Below are positions 11,545 through 20,000 of a stretch of 20,000 nt of DNA, piece by piece. The notes under the pieces were generated by a model that did no database searches, was not told the DNA's origin, and was given only the letters and a program-made list of their open reading frames with translations. Both the position numbers and the translations under genes were made by a program. Position 1 is the first letter of the stretch. Each line of letters opens with the position of its first letter. The stretch comes from Toensbergia leucococca (lineage: Eukaryota): contig JALDZS010000022.1 in NCBI GenBank assembly GCA_022813965.1, positions 172,281 through 192,280 of the forward strand, read 5' to 3'.

Positions 11545-11992
11545 ATGGTGAGCCTCTGTGTGATCACTTATCAGCGTCTTCGCCTGATCAATCGATGGCT
11601 TCAAAGGAGAGTCCACATGAGCATCAACAAAGCCTGCTGTTGTCACGAATTATCGCCAACGTTGTAAGCTCTGGGGACGAGCCTTTTTGTATTGTGTTAG
11701 TTCTTCTACTCACGCTCCGTCCCAGGAGAAGCTCAACGAGGCGGTGATGGCCCTAAACAGGAACCTTCAGGTCCTCATACGCGTCGGGCAGCCCATGAAC
11801 TTAATAGACTAAGTATTACCAGGACATTAATATTCAGAACATGAATGTTGAGCTTGTGGCTCAGATGTTCAAGAATTATCAGTCAAATGTTCTCTTTCAC
11901 CTCGAAGGTCAGTATTCAAGTATTTGGCTCCTCATCTTTGACATTTATTGATCTGATTTTCAGCTACGGAGTGCTTGAAGGATCCTTCATGA
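11545..11992 (+). CDS. DAD4: DASH/Dam1 kinetochore complex subunit Dad4, 72 aa, 5 exons (11545-11547, 11607-11663, 11726-11770, 11823-11907, 11964-11992)
   Basis: Absent from the ORF track. Manual splicing gives [72 protein letters not shown], a recognisable Dad4. Exons sum to 219 nt. Confidence 0.92.
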
Positions 11993-12254
11993 TTTGGTTG
12001 GTACTCGTATGACTCGGCATTTCGATTGTACACGTGCTGCTGTAAATTGGCCGAAATTGGTATGATAGTACTTATGACATGGAAATTGGAGGTTATGACA
12101 TTTGATAGAATACGTGCCGTACTCGTAGAATACAAGAGTAGATGGACACGACCGGGCACATTTTATACACCTACTCCGTACTCCGTACGCCCGGTCAACA
12201 ATTAGAATGTGAGGATGCCTCATGCAACCATCACCACATGAGTGCTTGAATAAA

Positions 12255-14762
12255 ATGACCATCAATTCCACCAGATTTCTCGAACCGGTAACCCTGACCA
12301 GTCCTGCTAATAGCAAGATCACTCCAAAGCACCCTCAGCGCATCTGGCAAGCTATCGAACCTCCTTTCAAAGGGTATCAACCACCTCCATCCGAAGGCTA
12401 CCAGCATACATCTGCTTCTACTGCGATAGTCATTGACAATGGTGCGTTTAAGATCTAGTGTACTTTTCACTGCTAATTCGGTCATCAGGAGCCAGTCTGG
12501 TTCGAGCTGGCTGGTCGTTCGACAACACCCCTCGATTGTCATTTCCAGCCAATGTCGCCCGATACAGAGATCGCAAACTCAACAGGACATGCACATATGT
12601 AGGCTATGATGCTTATGCCGATGCAACAACCCGGGGGCAGATCAGGAACGCTTTTGAGCCCGGGAGCAGTGTTGTGAGCAACTGGGATGTCATGGAAAAC
12701 GTGCTGGACCACACCTTCCTAAAGCTTGGGATAGATGGAGCAGACGGGGGTATAGGAAGGCCAGTGCTAATGACTGAACCCATCGCTAATCTAAGCTATT
12801 CAAGAAAAAGTATCATCCCTCCGTCGTGTACCAGACACAAGGCCCAGCTGATTTCATGCAGCTATGACTGAACTTCTTTTCGAGTGTTACTCTGCCCCGT
12901 CACTTGCTTATGGAATTGACTCCTTGTTCTCGTTCAAATTCAACAAAGGGCATACTGGCCTTGTCCTCTCGTCATCGCACACATCTACTCATCTCATACC
13001 TGTAATAAATTCAAAACCTAGCATGTCTAGTGTAGCACGCCTCAATTGGGGAGGTTCTCAAGGAGCAGACTATCTTTTGAAGCTGCTTAAATTGAAGTAC
13101 CCCACGTTCCCTGGGAAATTCAACGAACTACAAGCCGAAGATATGATCCATGAACACTGCTATGTCTCGCAGAACTACGACATGGAAATGAATAGCTATC
13201 TGGACTGGTCAGGTTTAGAAGCTCGAGACCATGTAGTACAGTACCCCTTCACTGAGCATACCATCATCGAGAAGAGCGAAGATGAATTGGCACGAATCGC
13301 AGAACGAAAGAAGGAAAGTGGTCGGAGGCTACAAGAACAAGCAGCCAAGATGCGGTTGGAGAAATTGGTGCGGAAAGAACAAGAGCTAGAATACTATAAA
13401 GATCTCCAGCAGAGGCTCGTTGCACAATCGAAGAAGGAAGTGAAACGATTACTGGATGAAGATGAATTCAAGGACGAAGCTCAGCTAGATAAGACCATCA
13501 GGGAGCTTGAGAAATCAGTGCGTAAAGCGAGGAGTAAAGATGTCGGTGGCCCGGATAATGCTGAAGAGGAAGAACCAGCGTCGTTTCCTTTACTTGTTAT
13601 TCCAGATGAAAATCTTGATGAGGCGGGCCTGAAGCAGAAGAGACACCAGCGCTTAATGAAATCGAACGTAGATGCCCGTGCAAGGGCTAAGCTTGAGAAG
13701 GAACAACAAGAGGCTCGAAGAGCGGAGGAAGAAAGGTTAGATGAGGATCGACGGGAGCACGACCTTGCGGGATGGCTTGAAGAGCGAAGAGTAGCCAGAA
13801 CAGTAAGCATTCAATCCATGGGCTACTCTCGCACGTACAGCTTGGACATGCTAATGGCTACCCAAAAGGCTCTTCTTCAACGGATGAAGGATCGTGATCG
13901 AATGAAGGCTGATCTTGGCAACCGAAAGTCACTTGCAAGTCAGATTCGAATGAAGACACTTGCCAGTCTAGCTTCTGATGTGCCGGGAAGGAAACGTCGG
14001 CGCGGTGGCGATGATGATAATTTTGGGGCCAACGATGAAGACTGGGGCGTCTATCGGACCGTTGCAACGGGAGAGCAGAGCGAAGACGACGAAGAAGAAG
14101 ATCTTAGCGTGGGGCTGAGAAATTTAGAAGCGCAGCTACTCAAATACGATCCAACGTTTAGTGAGAGTAACACTATGGAGGCGCAATCGGATTGGACCAA
14201 GAGCCTTGTTCATGCTTTTTTGCGGGGCCCTCGGTCATTCAACATGGATAGCCAGCAGGAGATACATCAGGTCCATCTAAACGTGGAGAGAATACGTGTC
14301 CCAGAAGTTATATTCCAACCAGCCATTGCTGGCTTGGATCAGGCAGGAGTTATTGAAATCGCTGCAGATATCATCAATCAAAGGCTCGGAAACGTAACGG
14401 ACCGCAATTACATCTTGGGAGACGTATTCTTGACGGGAGGAAATACTTTGTTCGACGGATTTGAGACCCGACTAGGTAAAGAATTACGTAAAGTGCTCCC
14501 CATCGACGCTTCAATCTCTATCCGCCATGCTAGCGATGCCTTACTGGATGCTTGGAGAGGTGCGGCTCAATTCTCGAGGGAGGCCAGCTTTGGGACCGCT
14601 TTGATGACAAGAGAGGAGTACCTCGATAGGGGTTTAGAACACATCAAGGTATGTACCTATGGAGTTGGTGACCGACAGATAAATCTTCGCGCAAGCTTTG
14701 CTCTCAAGAATCCTAACGAACAGAAACAGGAACATAACTTCAGCAATGGAAATATCATTTGA
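12255..14762 (+). CDS. ARP5: Actin-related protein Arp5 (INO80 complex), ~753 aa, 5 exons (12255-12441, 12489-12809, 12862-13802, 13869-14648, 14730-14762)
   Basis: Actin-fold motifs AIVIDNGASLVRAGW, PVLMTEP, ELLFECY, ERIRVPEVIFQP, VFLTGGNT and LLDAWRGAA, plus the large charged Arp5-specific insertion (RKKESGRRLQEQAAKMRLEKL; DDNFGANDEDWGVYR). Introns are GT..AG with CTAAT/CTGAT/CTAAC branch sites. Confidence 0.93.
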
Positions 14763-15648
14763 TGGATCTCGAGATTACATCTGCTGGATGAGAATGAAAG
14801 CACAGTGGGAAGATCTCGTGTATGCTGGGATATCAAGATAACGATCATGTGGCCCGGATGGTAAGGTACCGGAGCGTTATATCTTATACGGTACGGAGTA
14901 CGTCGCTCATCCTCTTCTCTCCTTCGCCCTTGGAGACTCAGTGTTCTGATGTTTACACAGTGTGACCACCTCCAATAAAACCATCATGGAAAGAAGTGCG
15001 AATAAAGGACTTCCTAGGTTACGTCGCGCTACCAAAACAGTACCGTCTTTCCATATTTGTGAAAGTGGAAAGTCGAGCCCATCACTCCACACGGCCTATC
15101 GTGACGTAGATAGGAAATCAACTACCTTACTATGCTCAATCAGATCAACATCCTACTCTTCAATTCTCCATGGTGACTCAGGAATCATTTGTCACTAATG
15201 GATTTTGGTAGTAGCTAGAGCGAACCTGATATCAGTTGTTAATGGGGAACATCTTGCATGGAGAACTTGATAATATTACGTCTCATGATGAACTAATCTC
15301 TATTCTTCTTTCAGTTAATGATTGCCTCTACGATGTGAGGACTGCTCGTTTTCAGGGGAGTACACTAATTCCGAACCATTTCTAGAAAGATATCAGATAC
15401 TCAAGAAGCCATGAGAGCCTGATAATAATAAAACAAGATCAACGCCTTGAACCAAATCCCAAGCGTCCAAACCTCTCTCTGACGCCTTTTTGACATGCAT
15501 GAATATTTATACAGACATCCCTAAATCTCACCATTTCGTTCGCCAAGAGACATGATCAACTCCTATGACTTCAGAGGAATTCCTTCATCAATGATATCAC
15601 CGATCAAATAACGCCAGTTCACACGTTAGTGTATTACCCTCGGAAATT

Positions 15649-16680
15649 TCAAGCAACAACAGATGCACCATTTGAACCGGCGCTCGAGACAGCTAGTTGC
15701 GGGTCGGTGGTGGAACGCATCTCTATGCTCTGACTAGGCTTGGGTTTCTTATTCGGCAATGTGCCTGTGAGGTATGCTGCGTCATCTTGCTGACGTTTAT
15801 TGTGAACCAAGTCTGCAGCGACAGCTTGAGCAGCAGAAGCTTGTAACTGACTGACTGCAGATGGCCCCATTGGAGCTGTTGGGGCTGGTATATGTGGGAT
15901 CGCATTCGTTGATCGCGGATGGGGTAGGTCAATGTTTGAGGGCGGTTGGGGAAATTCGCCTTGCGATTCGATGAGACGAGATTGCAGACTGATGATGTAG
16001 TCGCGGAGTTGGTAATTCTCGGCCTGGACAGCCTTGTAGCTTTCATTCAGTAGGTTGAATTCTTTAACTCGATCTTGCAAATGCTTGATGTGCTCTTCTT
16101 TTCGCTGCCTAAACGCACGCTGTAGTCATAGTTTAGTAAGCTATCTTTGTCACCCAAACTTCGCCAAATTCAAATTCTGCTCAATTGCTAACAAGGAGCG
16201 AACCGGACGAAGAAAAAGTATCCAACGCACCTGGGCTTGCCTGTTCTGCGCCGCTCGTTTCGAGGATGACAATTCTCGTTTGGGAGGCCTCTTGAAATCA
16301 AGGCCGTCAAGACCATCATTTTCACCTCCGCTCTCCTCAGCGCTCCTACTCATCATCCCGGTGCCGGCAATTGCAGGATCGATGTTTTGATCGCGCGGAC
16401 TCTTGGGGTTGGCGACTCGCAGGATATCAAGTTTATGGGATGATGGAGGAGAATGTACTTGAGCAAGAAGGTGCTCCCGAAGGGCTACGCCGGTCATTAT
16501 ATCAGCACTGTACAGGCACCAACCGTTCGGGTCAGGAACGTCCTGATTACTCACACTGGTCGGCAGCATTTTCCTAAATGCGTGAGTCAGCAATTACGCA
16601 CCGCAGCGGGCCAGGCTTGATGAACTTACCGGTGCTGATGATGGCATCATGTGCGGCGCGGGCGCAAGAGCCGGTTGCAT
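15649..16680 (-). CDS. kapC: Yap/AP-1-like bZIP transcription factor, KapC-like, 264 aa, 4 exons (16680-16630, 16573-16555, 16484-16231, 16119-15649)
   Basis: Spliced product MQPALAPAPH...NIDPAIAG...KRELSSSKRAAQNRQAQRAFRQRKEEHIKHLQDRVKEF...ENYQLRDYIISLQSRL. The basic region NxxAQxxFR is the Yap-subfamily signature. The N-terminus and zipper resemble Aspergillus KapC as I recall it. Exons sum to 795 nt. Confidence 0.85.
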
Positions 16681-16823
16681 CTCTGAACGCTGCGTTGAGC
16701 TCCCAGGTTTTAGTCAATTTACAGCAGTAGAATCTCTGAGTTCTTAGCATTGAGCCGCGGCGCTCTCAAACGGGTTCCTTCGCTGCGGTATCAGAGCGGT
16801 CGGTGGATTACAAATGATGACCA

Positions 16824-16949
16824 TTAGTAAGCGCCTTCACAAAGCTGAGTTAAGCTTGCCTCAGTCCCTCAGACCGCCAAGATGTTTAAGCCCCTTTGAG
16901 TTAGCCACCTCACTAAGCCACCAATAGGTTAGCTAACTCCACTTACTAA
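16824..16949. promoter_or_regulatory. Candidate Yap-response-element cluster upstream of the bZIP gene
   Basis: TTAGTAA 16824-16830, TTACTAA 16943-16949, palindrome TTAGCTAA 16929-16936, variant TCACTAA 16910-16916, and CCAAT 16921-16925. Confidence 0.4.
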
Positions 16950-16979
16950 GTGCGCTTTCACTGACAGATCTGAGTGCAT

Positions 16980-17420
16980 ACCCCCTTTTTATTGTCTGAT
17001 TTATACTAATTTTAGTAATGCACTTATAATAGTTGCAATACTAAAGAGAGTAATAAGTTATTATTAGTCTAAGTGATTTATCTTAGCTTAAGATCTTATT
17101 TAATTCCTTACTTAACTTTTTACTTATTTTTTCTTAATTTTTTCTTAATTTTTTATTAACTTTATATATAACTCTTACTTATGATTACTTACTGATGCAG
17201 CAACTTTATCTTTATAATATATTAATTCAAGACTCTTGCTATTATAACACCTTTTCTTGCTATATTAACATTTCTTTCTGTTATCATATTTGATTAAATC
17301 TCAGGTGTAATATTACTAAGAGAAATGTTATTATTCTACATCACATCTTATCTCAATTTTCTATTACTTTGCAAGTTAATTATCTGTTTTAATTGCATGT
17401 TATTTAAAATTTAAATTATC
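16980..17420. repeat. AT-rich, RIP-like degraded repeat DNA hosting the LTR element (continues at 19918-20000)
   Basis: Abrupt drop in GC after ~16980, no CpG seen, TpA-rich, stops in all frames. Sequence of the same character resumes after the 3' TSD. Confidence 0.6.
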
Positions 17421-17584
17421 TGTTATAGTGCTTTCTTAGAGCTAGGGTAGTTAGATGAGGTTAGATAAGTCAGCAACTCTAAGTGACTTGACATTATCAT
17501 GATATATCTAGTGACTTTGCATCTAGATAGTTAGGCATCTTCTAATTACACTTAGAATTCAGAATCTCATAAGAGACCCTCACA
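17421..17584 (+). repeat. 5' LTR
   Basis: TGTTATAGTG...GACCCTCACA; aligns without gaps to 19754-19917 with 22 mismatches by hand count, all transitions. Confidence 0.93.
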
Positions 17585-18101
17585 AATGATAGCAACAGTA
17601 TTTATTGTCATTAAGTTACTCACTATTGACTGAGTACACTACTATTTAACTCACTATTGACTGAGTAAGAGTTCTGAGTAATTTTACTCACCAAAGAACT
17701 ACATCCTTACCTCTGAATTTCTCTATAGGTTGATTATTCTCTCATTCTATCATTATCCTTTCAGCTTACCCCTGAATTCCTATTATCACCTCTATAGATT
17801 AATTATTCTCTTAATCTATCAGCAACCTCTATCTAAATTCAATCTCTATTTAAATTGAATTCACTACCTAAATTTAATTCTCTACCTAAATCTGTAAAAA
17901 TAGCATGATCAACTCACTTTCACAGCCCTTTTTCAGCACCGCTGCTTAAATACCATAAAATCAATCATCTAGTTTTCTTCTGAATCAGTTAAATGAAATA
18001 AAAAACTGATTCCTAACAGCCATCACTACTGTATAGGCAAGGCAAGGAATACTCACAGGAAATTCAGTGAAATAAGAACCTCAAGAGCTCAATAAATCAC
18101 T

Positions 18102-19229
18102 GAAGAGGTAAGGTATTTTGAACCTAACTGTGCAGATACTGATAAAATGTTCACCTCTGAAAGACATACTTTCTACAAAGATGTTTATACCTACATCAAT
18201 TGCCTTTAAGACTTTGAAAAGATATGAGGAGAAGAAAAATTGAGAATAATAATATCACAGGCCTTCTAAGGGTTAGCAACTAGGTGATACACCTTAGAAC
18301 TCACTAAAGTGAAAAAGAAATTGATGTGAAATTGCGCTCTGAAAGACTATTATGATATACTAGTCAAAAGGTTTAACACACACAAACAAACATCCTTTCA
18401 GGAACGCGTGCAGGAGTATTACAAGCAACTAAAAGAGAAAGAACAGCAAGAGAAATGCACAATTATACCTCTCACTTCTCCTTCAACTTCTCCTTTAGCT
18501 ATTGCTTTCATATCTCCTTTATTTGCAACTTCATTTCAAATGTCAACAGCATCATCACAGACACTGCAACTACTTACCTCTGAGTGTTATTTCATGAAAA
18601 ATGCATGATCAAATAAGACCTCAAGGGTTAAGTATGCATAACAATCATGTCAACAAAATGATAATAGTGATAAATCTTTCATAAATGATGTGAAAGTACT
18701 ATGCAAGACATGTGAGCTGAAACTTCCATCAAAAAACCTCATGCACAAGCACATTAGAAAGATGCATGCAAAGACTAAAGTGATCATTTCATCAAGTCCT
18801 TTATTAACATCTACCTCTATACCTTCTGTTATCTCTGTCTCTTTTATTATGACAGTTGCCTTTATTGCATCAACACTGATAGCTTCTTTTCTCTCACTAG
18901 CTTCTTCTGTCATTTCATATGATAAGGACACCTATTCTAAGTTCAGTAAGTTCAATAATTTCAAGTTCAGTGAGTTCAGTGAGTTTAGTGAGATCAGTGA
19001 GTTCAGTAAGACCAGCTTCATTTCTGACTTCAGTTCTGACTTCAGTTCTGACTCTGAATTTATCTTCATTCCTGACTTTATTTTCACCTTTATTTCTGAC
19101 TCTAACACCATTGTGACCAGTGTGTATAATAATAAAGACACATCAAAAACACTCAAGGTAGCCCTGACTACTCCTACCATTCATCCTGCTATCACATATA
19201 CCTTGCTGACTATGAAACTCATAACCTGA
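18102..19229 (+). pseudogene. Stop-riddled gag-like ORF with a C2H2 zinc finger (ends approximate)
   Basis: One continuous frame, shared with track ORFs 18408 and 18690: EEVRYFEP...HTFYKDVYTYINCL*DF...QAF*GLATR*YTLELT...ILVKRF, then CKTCELKLPSKNLMHKHIRKMH. The stops are TAA/TGA, revertible to CAA/CGA/TGG by transitions. Confidence 0.65.
18939..19060 (+). repeat. Degenerate 9-bp (GAGTTCAGT) and 12-bp (TCTGACTTCAGT) tandem repeats inside the gag-like frame
   Basis: Visible directly. Unit lengths are multiples of 3, so the frame is preserved. Confidence 0.75.
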
Positions 19230-19753
19230 GACCTATTTTATAATTCATGAGTCTCAATGTGTGAAGACAAATTGCTAAATTTATATACTAAATCAAATTC
19301 ATCTCTGGCATCAAAATCATGAAATTTAAGCATAAAGCCATGCACTCAAATTGATTCAAGATCACAGAGAGATAAGGTAACATATTAGCTTATGAAAATA
19401 TAGGAATCCTTAGCAACTTGCAGGCACGTCAAAATACCAAAATTGACTACTAAAATTGTAACGCACCTACCTAATAAACCTTACAAATCCCTAGCCATTT
19501 GCAAGCGTGCAAATCAATTCAGATGAATACCTTCAAAACTGATGACTTTTTACAGAGAATTAGCTGCTATTTTGTCTACAAAATCAGTCAAATCTCTAAC
19601 ACCTACTCAGAGTTTTATGAATCCTCACCTTCAATCACCTCACTATTATGATCTGAATAGATTATGAAGAAATAAGAGCATAAAACACACAATTCTAAAG
19701 AAAATCATGAAAAATTTATGAGGGCATGAAGTGATCTTTTTGTGGTAAGCAAT

Positions 19754-19917
19754 TGTTACAGTGCTTTCCTAAGGCTAAGGTAGTTAGGCAAGGTTAGGTA
19801 AGTCAGCAACCCTAAGTGACTTGACATTACCATAATATATCTAGTGACTTCACGCCTAGATAGCTAGACATCTTCTAATTATACTCAGAATTCAGAATCT
19901 TATAAGAGACCCTTACA
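19754..19917 (+). repeat. 3' LTR
   Basis: TGTTACAGTG...GACCCTTACA followed directly by TSD TTATC. Confidence 0.93.
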
Positions 19918-20000
19918 TTATCTAAAAAATCTTTATACTTTTTTATTTTATCTTGACTCAATTTTTTACCTTATTCTGACTTGATTTCACACTTTGTTAT

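Larger units (their letters stand above)
17421..19917 (+). mobile_element. Short non-autonomous LTR retrotransposon, 2497 bp, heavily mutated by C-to-T and G-to-A changes
   Basis: Two 164-bp direct repeats with TGT...ACA ends, and a perfect 5-bp TSD TTATC (17416-17420, 19918-19922). The 2169-bp interior holds a decayed gag-like frame. Confidence 0.92.

Noticed and set aside
15285..15425. Possible C/D-box snoRNA (ATGATGA at ~15285)
   Set aside because: No convincing terminal stem, nearby D box or recognisable rRNA guide.
16583..16589. AP-1 site TGAGTCA in bZIP intron 1
   Set aside because: It overlaps the intron branch point (GCTGAC on the minus strand), which largely explains it.
18930..19060. 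Short repeats as a possible CRISPR-like array
   Set aside because: Head-to-tail tandem units without unique spacers, in a eukaryotic retroelement.
18650..19180. Minus-strand ORFs in the LTR element interior
   Set aside because: Shadows of low-complexity repeats; the gag-like and zinc-finger motifs are on the plus strand.

Overview
Fungal (filamentous ascomycete, Pezizomycotina-type) genomic DNA with short spliceosomal introns. About 17 kb is gene-dense: the 3' part of a Slh1/ASCC3 Ski2-like helicase, an uncharacterised Ser/Pro-rich protein, profilin, Got1, Ies6, Dad4, Arp5 and a KapC-like Yap-family bZIP factor. Profilin, Got1, Dad4 and KapC are fragmented or absent in the ORF track and were rebuilt by hand from splice signals. 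From about 16980 the sequence is AT-rich, CpG-depleted, RIP-like repeat DNA. Two complete mobile elements are visible. One is a 617-bp foldback MITE (8336-8952, ~150-bp TIRs, 8-bp TSD TTGTAATT) just upstream of Got1. The other is a 2497-bp LTR element (17421-19917, 164-bp LTRs, 5-bp TSD TTATC) carrying only a decayed gag-like/C2H2 frame. The most notable points are the linkage of IES6 and ARP5 (the two halves of one INO80 module), the gag-only LTR element with a non-CpA mutation spectrum, and Yap-type sites in the promoter of the Yap-type bZIP gene. Family assignments come from motif recognition, not database searches.
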